Source: an uncultured Lachnospiraceae bacterium (GTDB taxonomy: Bacteria > Bacillota > Clostridia > Lachnospirales > Lachnospiraceae). From it: 64,000 nucleotides of DNA. The translations under genes were made by a program, and so were the position numbers. The notes beneath the pieces are model-generated. The model ran no database searches and had not been told where the DNA came from. It saw only the letters and a list, made by a program, of their open reading frames with translations. Location: NCBI GenBank assembly GCA_965114645.1, contig CBCOZL010000018.1, positions 1,981 through 65,980 on the forward strand, written 5' to 3'. Below are positions 39,726 through 49,986 of this stretch, in pieces; positions within the stretch are counted from its first letter, which is position 1; every line of letters starts with the position of its first letter.

Positions 39726-41684
39726 ATGGACGATTTGGAATTAAAATATTTGAAGAGCTTTGCAAGACATTACCCGACCATTGCGGCGGCTTCCACGGAG
39801 ATTATCAATTTGCAGGCGATCCTAAATCTGCCTAAGGGCACGGAACATTTTATGACGGATATCCACGGGGAGTATGAGCAGTTTAACCATATCCTGAAAA
39901 ACGGATCCGGCTCTGTGCGCAGGAAGATTGACGAGGAGTTTGGCAACACGTTGAGCATCAAAGATAAAAAGAGCCTGGCGACGCTGATCTATTACCCCCA
40001 GGAGAAACTGGATATCGTCACACAGCAGGAGGATGAGGATTCCATTGAGGACTGGTACAAGATCACCCTGCACAGGCTGGTGCAGATCACGAAACGGGTT
40101 TCTTCGAAATATACCCGTTCCAAGGTGAGAAAGGCGCTGCCGGCGGACTTTTCCTATATCATTGAGGAGTTGATTACGGAGAAGGCGGAGGTGCAGGACA
40201 AGGAAGCCTATTATAACGAGATCATCCACACCATCATCCGCATTGGCCGGGCGCAGGAGTTTATCGTTGCGCTGAGCAATCTGATCCAGCGTCTGGTGAT
40301 CGACCATCTGCATATTGTGGGGGATATCTTTGACAGAGGACCGGGACCGCACATCATTCTGGACACGCTCTGCCAGTATCACTCGGTGGACGTGCAGTGG
40401 GGCAATCACGACATTGTGTGGATGGGAGCGGCCAGCGGCCATCTTGCCTGTATCGCGAACGTGATCCGCATGGCGGCCAGATACGGAAATCTGGATACGC
40501 TGGAGGAGGGCTACGGCATCAACCTGATTCCGCTGGCAACTTTTGCGCTGGATGCCTATAAGGATGCGGACTGCAGGGCTTTTGCCATCAAGTACAACAC
40601 GGATTACGACACCAAGGATCTGAGCCTGGACATGAAGATGCACAAGGCGATAGCCATCCTGCAGTTTAAGCTGGAGGGGCAGTTGATTATGAGACGCCCG
40701 GAATTTGCCATGCAGGACAGGCTGCTGCTGGAGCATATTGACTATGAGAACAAGGCCCTTGTGCTTGACGGGGTTTCCTATCCCCTAAAGGACGTGGATT
40801 TCCCGACGATCAACAGAAACAGGCCTTATGAGCTTACGGCGGAGGAAGAACAGGTGATGGAGCGGCTGCGGCAGGCTTTCGTCAAATGTGAAAAGCTCCA
40901 GAAACATGTGCGCTTTCTGTTTTCCAAAGGCGGCCTTTATAAGGTGTATAACTCCAATCTGCTTTACCACGGCTGCGTGCCTATGGATGAGGAGGGGAAT
41001 TTCAATAAGGTAAATGTTTATGGGGAGGAATACAGCGGCAAGGAGCTCTATGACGTGCTGGAGCATTATGCCAGAAAAGGCTATTATTCCCATGATCTGA
41101 AGGAGAAGCTTAAGGGTCAGGATATCATCTGGTATATCTGGGCCGGCCCCAATTCCCCGGTTTTCGGCAAGGATAAGATGGCCACCTTTGAGCGGTATCT
41201 GGTGGAGGATAAGGAACTTCACCAGGAGCATAAGAACGCCTATTACAGACTCCTTGACAGTGAGATGGTGGTGAATCGGATTCTGCAGGAATTTGGTCTG
41301 GATGAGGTCCATTCCCATATCGTGAACGGCCATGTGCCTGTGGAGCGCAAAAAGGGAGAGACACCCATCAGGTGCGGCGGAAAGCTGCTTGTCATCGACG
41401 GCGGGTTTTCCAAGGCGTATCAGGACAAAACGGGAATTGCCGGGTATACGCTGGTGGTGAACTCCCACGGGATGCGGCTGGTGGCCCATGAGCCTTTTGA
41501 ATCCACGGAATCAGCCATCATCCATGAGTCGGATATTTTTTCGGATTCCTTTATTCTGGAGACAACGGCCATGCGGCAGAAAATTGCGGATACGGAGACC
41601 GGCGCGGAGTTAAGGGAGAGCATTCATCAGCTGGAGGAGCTTTTGCAGGCATACAGGGACGGCATATTGATTGAGAAAGGTTAG
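39726..41684 (+). CDS. fbp: Fructose-1,6-bisphosphatase class 3
   Basis: LNLPKGTEHF.TDIHGE, GDIFDRGP, QWGNHD, NGHVPV...IDGGFSKAY. Confidence 0.95.
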   Translation: MDDLELKYLKSFARHYPTIAAASTEIINLQAILNLPKGTEHFMTDIHGEYEQFNHILKNGSGSVRRKIDEEFGNTLSIKDKKSLATLIYYPQEKLDIVTQQEDEDSIEDWYKITLHRLVQITKRVSSKYTRSKVRKALPADFSYIIEELITEKAEVQDKEAYYNEIIHTIIRIGRAQEFIVALSNLIQRLVIDHLHIVGDIFDRGPGPHIILDTLCQYHSVDVQWGNHDIVWMGAASGHLACIANVIRMAARYGNLDTLEEGYGINLIPLATFALDAYKDADCRAFAIKYNTDYDTKDLSLDMKMHKAIAILQFKLEGQLIMRRPEFAMQDRLLLEHIDYENKALVLDGVSYPLKDVDFPTINRNRPYELTAEEEQVMERLRQAFVKCEKLQKHVRFLFSKGGLYKVYNSNLLYHGCVPMDEEGNFNKVNVYGEEYSGKELYDVLEHYARKGYYSHDLKEKLKGQDIIWYIWAGPNSPVFGKDKMATFERYLVEDKELHQEHKNAYYRLLDSEMVVNRILQEFGLDEVHSHIVNGHVPVERKKGETPIRCGGKLLVIDGGFSKAYQDKTGIAGYTLVVNSHGMRLVAHEPFESTESAIIHESDIFSDSFILETTAMRQKIADTETGAELRESIHQLEELLQAYRDGILIEKG

Positions 41685-41756
41685 CGTGAAAATTACTTCT
41701 AACACTCGCAGCAGAGGCTGCTTCGCGAAGTGAAAAGTGTTTCTGACAGGAATAAA

Positions 41757-41797
41757 AAGAAAGAGTTCTCGGGGACGCTGCCTCGGGAACTCTTTTT
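41757..41797. terminator. Bidirectional terminator
   Basis: AAAGAGTTCTCGGGG...CCTCGGGAACTCTTT between convergent genes. Confidence 0.75.
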
Positions 41798-41856
41798 CGC
41801 TGTATAGGAAACTGCGATTGGTTTTCTCAACCGCCGCCGTCCGGCGGTGATTTCTG

Positions 41857-42363
41857 TTAGCGCACTTTGGAGGATGTGCCCGCGTTGTCGTTGCCGGTCA
41901 TATCGTCTACCATGTTTTCCACGCCTGTAGCGGCATCGTCAATGATATCGGAAGCAGCGTTTCCTGCATCACCTACCGCATCGCCGATGGCGCCGCCCAC
42001 AGAGCTGCCATTTGTGCCGTTTGTGCCTGCCGTGGCATCGTTCACATTGTCATTATCATCCAGGGTGCCATCCATATCCGTGCCGTTCATTCCTGTGCCG
42101 TTGGTATCCGTGTCTGTACCGATGGTATCTGTGTCATCCATTCCTGTGCCGGTGGTGTCTGTGGTACCTGTACCGTTGTCGTTTGTGCCGGCGGCGCCTG
42201 TGCCGTTGTCCGTGCCTGTATCCGTGCCGGCAGTCCCGGTTCCGTTCTGTGTGCCTGTGCCGTTATCCGTGTTTGTGTCGGCGTTTCTGCTGCCGCAGGC
42301 GGTCAGTGCAGCCATGCTCAGAACCATGAGAGAGACAAAAAGTAAAGTTTTAAATCTTTTCAT
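41857..42363 (-). CDS. Low-complexity (Thr/Gly/Asn/Asp) lipoprotein
   Basis: Lipobox LTAC, TDTDNG/TGT repeats, RBS AAAGGAG. Confidence 0.8.
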   Translation of the reverse strand: MKRFKTLLFVSLMVLSMAALTACGSRNADTNTDNGTGTQNGTGTAGTDTGTDNGTGAAGTNDNGTGTTDTTGTGMDDTDTIGTDTDTNGTGMNGTDMDGTLDDNDNVNDATAGTNGTNGSSVGGAIGDAVGDAGNAASDIIDDAATGVENMVDDMTGNDNAGTSSKVR

Positions 42364-42528
42364 AATTTCACTCCTTTGCTCGATTGCTGAATCCTTTGCA
42401 TGAGGTTCTCCGCATGCAATTTTTTAAACAGAATGTTTGGTAAACTTCCTGTTCTTATGTTATTATGTCAGATAGAAATGAAAATATGCATCTGGCGCAG
42501 AACCAGGCAAAAAAGAAAAGGAAAAATT

Positions 42529-43308
42529 ATGAAATTTCGACCTTGTATTGATATTCATAACGGCAGTGTCAAACAGATTGTAGGAGGAAGCCTCAAGGAC
42601 GCGGGGGACAGAGCGGCAGAAAACTTTGTGTCCGGCCAGGACGCTGCCTTCTATGCCGGACTTTACCGGGAACGGGAGATCAAAGGAGGGCATATCATTC
42701 TGCTGAACGCGGCATCCTCCCCGTATTATGAGGAGACGAAAAAGCAGGCTCTTTCGGCGCTCTCGGCATACCCGCGGGGACTGCAGGCGGGCGGCGGCAT
42801 TACGCCGGAGAATGCGGCAGTTTTTTTGGAGGCAGGCGCAAGCCATGTGATCGTCACCTCCTATGTTTTTTCGGGAGGACAGATACAGTACGACAGACTG
42901 CGGGCGCTTGTAAAGGAAACCGGGAAGGAAAATCTGGTTCTGGATCTGAGTGTGAGAAGCAGAGAAGGCCAATACTATATTGTGACCGACAGGTGGCAGA
43001 AATATACTTCGGTGGAACTTTCGGAGAAGGTTCTTGATGAGCTTTCCGCATATTGTGATGAATTTCTCGTTCATGCGGTGGATGTAGAGGGGAAAAGCGC
43101 CGGTATCGAGGCGCCGGTGGCAAAGCTTTTGGGAGACTGGGGAAAAATTCCAGTTACTTACGCGGGCGGTGTGCACAGTTTTGCGGATCTGGATCAGCTG
43201 AGGGATCTTGGCAAAGGGAGAGTGGATGTGACGATCGGGAGCGCGCTTGATCTTTTTGGCGGAGAGATGGCTTTTGAGGATGTGCTGGCTTACATGGAGA
43301 GCAAATAA
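42529..43308 (+). CDS. hisA: HisA isomerase, His6-like (eukaryotic-type) subfamily
   Basis: KFRPCIDIH.G.VKQIVGG, LQAGGGI, VTDRWQ, LVHAVDVEG, VTYAGG. Confidence 0.88.
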   Translation: MKFRPCIDIHNGSVKQIVGGSLKDAGDRAAENFVSGQDAAFYAGLYREREIKGGHIILLNAASSPYYEETKKQALSALSAYPRGLQAGGGITPENAAVFLEAGASHVIVTSYVFSGGQIQYDRLRALVKETGKENLVLDLSVRSREGQYYIVTDRWQKYTSVELSEKVLDELSAYCDEFLVHAVDVEGKSAGIEAPVAKLLGDWGKIPVTYAGGVHSFADLDQLRDLGKGRVDVTIGSALDLFGGEMAFEDVLAYMESK

Positions 43309-43319
43309 AGAGAACAGAA

Positions 43320-43347
43320 AAAAACCTGCCGTATGACAGGTTTTTCT
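43320..43347 (+). terminator. Terminator after hisA
   Basis: AAAAACCTG-N8-CAGGTTTTT. Confidence 0.7.
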
Positions 43348-43478
43348 TCTTCTCTAATCCGTTACAACAATAGCTGATTCTAAATAACAAAGTCTTACTA
43401 AGCTGACTCTAAGAACATTATATTTAAGAACAGGCACATCGTGATACTGATTATCGATGTCATAAGAAGCGCAAGCTC

Positions 43479-43679
43479 TTATAACTTTGTTACGTTTACG
43501 GCCTGAGGTCCCTTCTCGCCGTTTACTACTTCATACTCAACCTCTGCGCCCTCTTCGAGAGACTTGAAGCCTTCCATGTTGAGTCCGGAGTAGTGAACGA
43601 ATACATCGTTACCCTGCTCGTCAGAGATGAAGCCGTAGCCCTTCTGGTTGTTAAACCACTTTACTGTACCTTTGTTCAT
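43479..43679 (-). CDS. Cold-shock protein (CspA family)
   Basis: [28 protein letters not shown]; RBS GGAGG. Confidence 0.95.
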   Translation of the reverse strand: MNKGTVKWFNNQKGYGFISDEQGNDVFVHYSGLNMEGFKSLEEGAEVEYEVVNGEKGPQAVNVTKL

Positions 43680-43792
43680 TGTAGATACCTCCAAAAATAT
43701 TAAAAAATTACGTTGATTGACAACACCCATAGGATAGCATAAATCTTATAAAATGTAAAGCATTGTTTTTGGCTTTTTCCGTTTATTTTCGG

Positions 43793-46700
43793 TTACAGCA
43801 CATTGTCCAGCGTTTTGAACAGAACCTGTACATCGATGGGTTTGGCAATGTGTCCGTTCATACCGCATTTGATGGCTTCTTCCCGGTCTTCCGTGAAGGC
43901 GTTAGCGGTCATTGCGATAATCGGAATGGAGGCAAGCGCATGATTTTCCAGATTTCTGATCCGTCTGGTTGCCTCGTAGCCGTCCATTACAGGCATTTGC
44001 ACGTCCATCAGCACTGCCTGGTAATAACCGGGTTCTGATTTTGCCATCATATCGAAGGCAATTTGTCCGTTGTCGGCAACGTCCACGCTGAAGCCGGCGC
44101 TTTCCAGGAGCACCACGGCAAGTTCCTGATTCATTTCCACGTCTTCCGCCAGCAGAATCCGCCCTGTGTGACGAGGCGGGAGGTCTTTTTCAGCGTTCTC
44201 CTCCTCCGGGGACTTCGGGCGCAGCACAGACTGGAGACAGGAACTCAATTCCGATAAAAACAGCGGTTTGTTACAGAACGCCGTTACGCCTGCTTCTTTT
44301 GCCTCCACCTCAATATCCGACCAGTCATAGGCGGTCAGGACAATAATGGGCACGTTGTCGCCGGTCTCCTTTCTGATTCTTCTTGCCACTTCCACACCGT
44401 TCATATCGGGGAGGAGCCAGTCAACGATATACACAGAATAGCTTGTGTTGCGCATAATGGCCTGGTGGCTGCGCAGCACCGCCTCCTTGCCGGAAAGCGT
44501 CCATTCGGCATGCAGGCCAAGCTGGCCAAGCATATACGAAACACTGTCGCACGTATTGAAATCATCGTCCACCACAAGCGCCTTGCAGTCCTTCAACTCC
44601 GGCAGAACCAGAGACTCTTTCTTTTCGGTGTGCAGACGGAAAGAGAAGGAGACTGTAAATTCGGTTCCAACGCCCGGTTCACTTGTTACGGAAATGGAAC
44701 CGTTCATCATATCCACAATATTTTTCGTGATGGCCATGCCGAGGCCGGTTCCCTGGATTTTGCTGATGGTGCTGTTGCGTTCCCGCTCGAAGGGCTCAAA
44801 AATATGCGCCACGAACTCCGGGCTCATGCCGATGCCGCTGTCTTTGATGGAAAATTCATAGTAGCCGTAACCGTCAGGAGCGCCCGATTTTTCTGTGATC
44901 CGCATGCTGACATGACCGCCGGCTCCCGTATATTTTACGGCATTGCTGAGCAGATTCAAAAGAACCTGGTTGAGACGGAGCTTATCGCAGTAAATAACTT
45001 CGTCCACAACGTCCACCGTATCGATCTGCAGCTCCAGCTGTTTGGCATGGATATCCGCCTGCAGAATATTGCGCAGGCCATGCAGGATCTCGGGAAGGCT
45101 GCAAAGCTTTTCATCCAGATGGATTTTCCCGCTTTCGATATGGCTCATATCCAGTATGTCATTGATCAGACTCAGCAGATGGTTTCCAGATGTCTGAATC
45201 TTTTTCAGATATTCCGAAACCTGTTCCTTCTGGTCAATATGTGTGATAGCAAGATTTGTAAATCCGACGATAGCGTTCATCGGGGTGCGGATGTCATGGG
45301 ACATATTTGACAAAAATACGCTCTTTGCCTTGCTTGCCCTGTTGGCCTGGGAGAGGGCTGCTTCCAGCAGTGTGTTCTGTTCCATCTCCCGGCGGATATC
45401 CGCATCTACGCTGCGAAATCCGAGAACGATTCCGCGGCTGCCGTCTTCCGCTCCTGCACTTACGGCCTTCATCTGGAAATAGATAATCTGGCCGTCCTGC
45501 TGTTTGCGGTAATTGACCGAGTATACCTGTTTTTTACTCAGCTCTTTTGTCAGGGTATCCAGAGAAATAGCGTACCGCAGCGTTTCGCGGTCTTCCTCGT
45601 ATACCCATTCCTCTATGTACTGCTCCATACTTTCTTTCAAGGAAATTTTATTTTCAAAGATATTGTTCACTTCACGCTCACCGGTACGGACTGGAACAAG
45701 CATGCCTGTATCGGGCTCTACGAAGCACACAAGGGTGAAATCGCGGCTTAAAGCCTGCACAAGCTCCATCTGCCGTCTCGTGTTTTTCCGCTCCTGCTGC
45801 TTCTGTTCGGTGACATCCAAGAGAAAACGCTGGTAGAACAGCTCTCCGTCTTCCTCATAGAGTTTGATGTTGCCCATGACGTGGAGAATCTCGCCGTCTT
45901 TGTGCTGCACGCGGTATTCCACATTGACGGTATCACCCGCTTTTTTCAAGGTACGGATGTTTTTGCACAGATGCTCCTTATCCTCATCCGCCACGGTCGG
46001 TGCGATCAGGTCAAAGCCGTCTGCTGTCAGCTCTTCCGGGGTTTCGTAGCCGAGAATCTTGAGCGCGGCCCTGTTGATATTGATAATGCGCGAATCCTTC
46101 AGACTGTGATTCATCACGCCGCAGTCGATGGTGGCAAGGATCGTTTCCAGCGTCTGGTTTTTGCGGATGATTTCCTGCTCATAGGCACGTTCCTGCGTCA
46201 CGTCAATGCCTATGCCGACAGTTCCCATGACGGTGCCGTCCCAGTTATACAGGGGGGATTTGTAGCACATAAGTGTCCGCATCTCTTCCCCGGCTTTGAT
46301 GGTCTCCTCGGATATCAGTGTCTTTCTTGTGCTCATAACCTGGTGTTCCGATTCGATGCAGGTGGGATCGTCCTCCTCCACATCCCAGATATAGGCGTGC
46401 CGGCGGCCCTGTACCTGCTCCTTGGTCTTGTTGACCGCTTCACAGAAGCTATTGTTTACTTTTTCATGGACACCGTCCTTATCCTTGTACCACACCAGAT
46501 TGGGAATGTTATCGATCGTTGCTTCCAGAAAGTGGCTGGTTTCCCAGAAATCCCTGCTCATCTGTATGGCTTGCTGCCACCTTAGGAAACGAAAGCGGAT
46601 CTCCTCGTCAGACATGGGCATAATCCAGATGTCTGAAATATCTTTTAACGCCGGGTCTGAGCAGAGAAGCTGCATCTGCTTTTTGTCTGCAAGCAGAATA

Positions 46701-46930
46701 ATCTGCGCTCCGATATGGTGGTTCGCCAGAATGGTCTGCAGAGCAGGCTGCATCTCCATATGAGCCAGATCGGCTATGATTGCATCCGCTTTCTGGGACA
46801 AAGAAGCCTCCACCTCATCACTTTCGGAAAAAATATGGGTAAAATTTGTTAGAGAAGGCATCTTTTTTATCACGTCCAAAGCGCGGCTGGGATGCCCTGC
46901 AAAATAAATATGGAGTTGACAAGTATACAT
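43793..46930 (-). CDS. Cytoplasmic hybrid histidine kinase (degenerate N-terminal REC-like domain, PAS domains, HisKA, HATPase, two REC)
   Basis: FLSNMSHDIRTPMN H-box; NLLSNA, DSGIG, GTGLG; REC motifs IVDWLLP and LMDVQMP; no transmembrane segment; start at ATG 46930 inferred from RBS. Confidence 0.92.
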   Translation of the reverse strand: MYTCQLHIYFAGHPSRALDVIKKMPSLTNFTHIFSESDEVEASLSQKADAIIADLAHMEMQPALQTILANHHIGAQIILLADKKQMQLLCSDPALKDISDIWIMPMSDEEIRFRFLRWQQAIQMSRDFWETSHFLEATIDNIPNLVWYKDKDGVHEKVNNSFCEAVNKTKEQVQGRRHAYIWDVEEDDPTCIESEHQVMSTRKTLISEETIKAGEEMRTLMCYKSPLYNWDGTVMGTVGIGIDVTQERAYEQEIIRKNQTLETILATIDCGVMNHSLKDSRIININRAALKILGYETPEELTADGFDLIAPTVADEDKEHLCKNIRTLKKAGDTVNVEYRVQHKDGEILHVMGNIKLYEEDGELFYQRFLLDVTEQKQQERKNTRRQMELVQALSRDFTLVCFVEPDTGMLVPVRTGEREVNNIFENKISLKESMEQYIEEWVYEEDRETLRYAISLDTLTKELSKKQVYSVNYRKQQDGQIIYFQMKAVSAGAEDGSRGIVLGFRSVDADIRREMEQNTLLEAALSQANRASKAKSVFLSNMSHDIRTPMNAIVGFTNLAITHIDQKEQVSEYLKKIQTSGNHLLSLINDILDMSHIESGKIHLDEKLCSLPEILHGLRNILQADIHAKQLELQIDTVDVVDEVIYCDKLRLNQVLLNLLSNAVKYTGAGGHVSMRITEKSGAPDGYGYYEFSIKDSGIGMSPEFVAHIFEPFERERNSTISKIQGTGLGMAITKNIVDMMNGSISVTSEPGVGTEFTVSFSFRLHTEKKESLVLPELKDCKALVVDDDFNTCDSVSYMLGQLGLHAEWTLSGKEAVLRSHQAIMRNTSYSVYIVDWLLPDMNGVEVARRIRKETGDNVPIIVLTAYDWSDIEVEAKEAGVTAFCNKPLFLSELSSCLQSVLRPKSPEEENAEKDLPPRHTGRILLAEDVEMNQELAVVLLESAGFSVDVADNGQIAFDMMAKSEPGYYQAVLMDVQMPVMDGYEATRRIRNLENHALASIPIIAMTANAFTEDREEAIKCGMNGHIAKPIDVQVLFKTLDNVL

Positions 46931-47053
46931 ATCTGATTCCCTCTGCACATGTTAAATTTGACTGCTACTTGTTATTCTAACAAGCCTGCAAATTTGTGTC
47001 AATATGGGAAAGGTTTTGCAGAAAATTTCGTGTATAAAAATTTTTCTGCTTTT

Positions 47054-47341
47054 TTAAGAGTTGAGGCGGCCAAAGATCAGATCATAGCCGTCATTTCCGT
47101 AATTCAGGGAACGGTTGACGCGGCTGATGGTGGCAGTTGACGCGCCGGTTTTTTCGGCAATTTCAAGATATGTCCTGTGCTGTTTCAGCATGGATGCCAC
47201 CTCGAAGCGCTGGGAGAGGGACAGAAGCTCGTTAACGGTACACAGATCCTCGAAGAAATCATAGCATTCCTCCTGCGTCTGCAGGCAGAGGATGGCCTGA
47301 AAAAGATGATCAACAGCGTCGGTTTTGAGTTTTTTATTCAT
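47054..47341 (-). CDS. YerC/YecD TrpR-like repressor
   Basis: CYDFFEDLCT..EL.SLSQRFEVA.ML...TY..IA..TGASTATISRV; RBS GGAGG. Confidence 0.92.
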   Translation of the reverse strand: MNKKLKTDAVDHLFQAILCLQTQEECYDFFEDLCTVNELLSLSQRFEVASMLKQHRTYLEIAEKTGASTATISRVNRSLNYGNDGYDLIFGRLNS

Positions 47342-47566
47342 ACTTCCTCCAATCCGTATAGAAAAGAATAACACTTTCATACGTTAAAACTTTACTATTT
47401 TTGTGTATGAATATACCACAGTTCCCCCTTTTTGTAAACCATCCGGCAGATCACGGACAGGATCAAATGGTACCGTCCGTCCGGCTCAACTGTTATGATA
47501 AAATACTTGTCAGTCAGATATGAAAACTATATAATAAGAATCAAAGAGTGACGGAAGGTGTAGAAC

Positions 47567-48205
47567 ATGACGATCAATATAGAGGATCTGCTAAACAGCA
47601 TACAGGAAAGTCTGGACAGGATTGAGTATATTAAGGCAGCGGATATACCTGACATTGATCTCTATATGGATCAGGTGACGACATTCATGGAGTCCCATTT
47701 GAGAAACACGACCAGAGATCCTGCTTCGGATAAGATTCTGACGAAGACCATGATCAACAATTATGCCAAGAATGATCTGATTCCGCCGCCTTTTAAGAAA
47801 AAATATACAAAGGATCATGTACTTCTTCTGATCTTTATTTACTATTATAAAGGGATATTGTCAATCAGCGATATACAGGAGCTTTTAGAGCCGATCACAG
47901 ACCGCTTTTTCAAGAACGGAAAGGCGTATGATCTTTCCCGCGTTTATGAGGAAGTTTTTGGACTGGAGCGGGAACAGAAAGATGTGTTAAAGGCAGATGT
48001 GGAAGAAAAGTTTCGGAAAGCCCAGAACACTTTTGAGGACGCGCCTGCGGAAGAACGGGAGTTTTTGAAAATTTTCTCCTTCATCTGTATGTTAAGCTTC
48101 GACGTTTATGTCAAGAGGCTGTTGGTTGAGAAGATGATCGACGGCATAACGGACAGACGCGGCGGAGATAAAAGAATTAAGGGGAAAGGTCAGGAGGAAA
48201 AGTAA
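47567..48205 (+). CDS. DUF1836-like protein
   Basis: IPDIDLYMDQV...LTKTMINNYAK..LIPPP.KKKY motif. Confidence 0.82.
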   Translation: MTINIEDLLNSIQESLDRIEYIKAADIPDIDLYMDQVTTFMESHLRNTTRDPASDKILTKTMINNYAKNDLIPPPFKKKYTKDHVLLLIFIYYYKGILSISDIQELLEPITDRFFKNGKAYDLSRVYEEVFGLEREQKDVLKADVEEKFRKAQNTFEDAPAEEREFLKIFSFICMLSFDVYVKRLLVEKMIDGITDRRGGDKRIKGKGQEEK

Positions 48206-48207
48206 AA

Positions 48208-48579
48208 ATGGGAATGATTCGGTCGTTTGAGGATCTGACAGTCAAAGGTTTTGATGTGAAGGAAGGCATCAGACTGTGCGGAGGAGATGAGGAGATCTAC
48301 ATGGAAGTGCTCTGGGCAGCAATGGTGGAGGGAAAGGACAAAATCCCGCTGATTCGGAGTGTTTACGAACAGAAAGATCTTGAGCGCTACCGCATTGAGG
48401 TGCACGGGCTGAAAAACGCCATGCGCTCCATAGGAGCCACTTACCTGTCACAGCTTGCCGCAGAACAGGAGACGGCGGTGAACGAGGAAAACTATTCGGT
48501 GATGGAAGTGGGTGTGGAGGAGATGCTGACACAGTACCAGTTTGTGGTGGATGCACTGAAAGAACTTTTGGGGGAATAA
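48208..48579 (+). CDS. Stand-alone Hpt (histidine phosphotransfer) protein
   Basis: YRIEVHGLKNAMRSIGA..LS..A motif. Confidence 0.85.
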   Translation: MGMIRSFEDLTVKGFDVKEGIRLCGGDEEIYMEVLWAAMVEGKDKIPLIRSVYEQKDLERYRIEVHGLKNAMRSIGATYLSQLAAEQETAVNEENYSVMEVGVEEMLTQYQFVVDALKELLGE

Positions 48580-48607
48580 CCGGTTTCATCCGATTAGAAA
48601 GGAAGAG

Positions 48608-48636
48608 ACGCCCGGCGGAGAAGCCGGGCGTTTTTG
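48608..48636 (+). terminator. Terminator
   Basis: ACGCCCGGC-GGAGAA-GCCGGGCGT-TTTT. Confidence 0.75.
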
Positions 48637-48663
48637 CGCGTCTGCACAGAGGCGCAAAGGGCA

Positions 48664-49677
48664 TTACTGTAATACTTTTTTGGCGAAAGAGGTGTCCACC
48701 AGATCGTCGTAAGGCACTCTGCCGTCCAGTTCTCCGGCCTCTTCCAGAATGTTTTCCAGGAGGGTGAAGCTGTCTTCCGAGAACACAAGATCCGACTTCC
48801 ATGTGTCTTGTGCGGCATATCTGCCGACGATGGTCTCTATGGTGGCCAGATCCGTCTCCGCAAACTGTGGAGCGATCACTTTTGCGATTTCCGCAGGTGT
48901 GTGGGTCTGCACATAGTCCATGCCCTTTTGGAGGGCGCGGGTGAAGGATTCGATTACGGCGGGATTTTTCTCGATGTAGCTCTTTCTGGCGGAGAAGGCA
49001 GTGTAGGGTACATAGCCGGAGTCTTCGCCGAGGGAGGCTACCACATAGCCGTCACCTTTGGCTTCCAGGGAGGTAGCGTGGGGTTCGAATTCAACCGAAA
49101 AATCCCCCTGCCCGCCCGAAAAAGCAGCCGCCGTGGAACCAAAGTCGATGCTCTGGTCTATGGACAGGTCGTTTGCGGGATCGATGTTGTTTTTCTTCAG
49201 AATATATTCAAATACCATTTCAGGCATACCGCCGGCCCTGCCGCCGAGCACATCCTTGCCGATGAGCATATCCCAGGTGAAATCTTCGATGGGCTCTCTG
49301 GATACGAGAAAATTGCCGGCCCGCTGGGTGAGCTGCGCGAAGTTCACTGCATAGTCGGAGGCGCCTTCCTTGTAAGTGTAAATGGTGCTCTCGCTTCCCA
49401 TAAAGCCGATGTCGGCCTCACCCGTCAGGAGCGCGGTCATTGTTTTGTCGGCGCCGAAACCTGTGATCAGGGTTAAGTCAATCCCCTCGTCCGCAAAATA
49501 GCCTTCCTCAATCGCCACATACATGGGGGCGTAGAAGATGGAGTGCGCCACTTCATTTAATACTACGGGAGTCTTGCCGGAAGCGGCGGGAGTGCTTTCG
49601 GCGGGCTTGTTTCCACAGCCCCAGAGGACGCCCATAAGCAGGAGCGCCGCCAGTAATATACTGCCTGTTTTTTTCAT
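48664..49677 (-). CDS. ABC substrate-binding lipoprotein, NMT1/THI5-SsuA-like
   Basis: Lipobox LWGC, HSIFYAPMYVAIEEGYF..EG.D, PYTAF; no permease adjacent. Confidence 0.85.
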   Translation of the reverse strand: MKKTGSILLAALLLMGVLWGCGNKPAESTPAASGKTPVVLNEVAHSIFYAPMYVAIEEGYFADEGIDLTLITGFGADKTMTALLTGEADIGFMGSESTIYTYKEGASDYAVNFAQLTQRAGNFLVSREPIEDFTWDMLIGKDVLGGRAGGMPEMVFEYILKKNNIDPANDLSIDQSIDFGSTAAAFSGGQGDFSVEFEPHATSLEAKGDGYVVASLGEDSGYVPYTAFSARKSYIEKNPAVIESFTRALQKGMDYVQTHTPAEIAKVIAPQFAETDLATIETIVGRYAAQDTWKSDLVFSEDSFTLLENILEEAGELDGRVPYDDLVDTSFAKKVLQ

Positions 49678-49804
49678 GTTCCTCCTCGGATTGCCGGAGT
49701 CTGTGGGCAATCCATAAAAGACATTTTACTATAGTTTATGCGGAAGAGAAAAAAGTGCTTTTCTTTTTTACAATAAGATGGTATACTATATGAGTCGTAA
49801 GTTT

Positions 49805-49875
49805 GCAGGCGTAGTTCATCGGTAGAATACAAGCTTCCCAAGCTTGGGAGGGGGGTTCGATTCCCCTCGCCTGCT
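49805..49875 (+). tRNA. tRNA-Gly(CCC)
   Basis: GCAGGCG/CGCCTGC acceptor stem, CAAGC-TTCCCAA-GCTTG anticodon arm, GGTTCGATTCC T-arm. Confidence 0.95.
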
Positions 49876-49986
49876 CTCTTGATCAGAGAAGGAAAACCAG
49901 CACATCCGTGGTTTTCCTTATTTTATGCGTTAAAATGGGTATCAACGCTGTTCCGCTCATTCATGCTGGCAGGAGGTACAAAAGAA

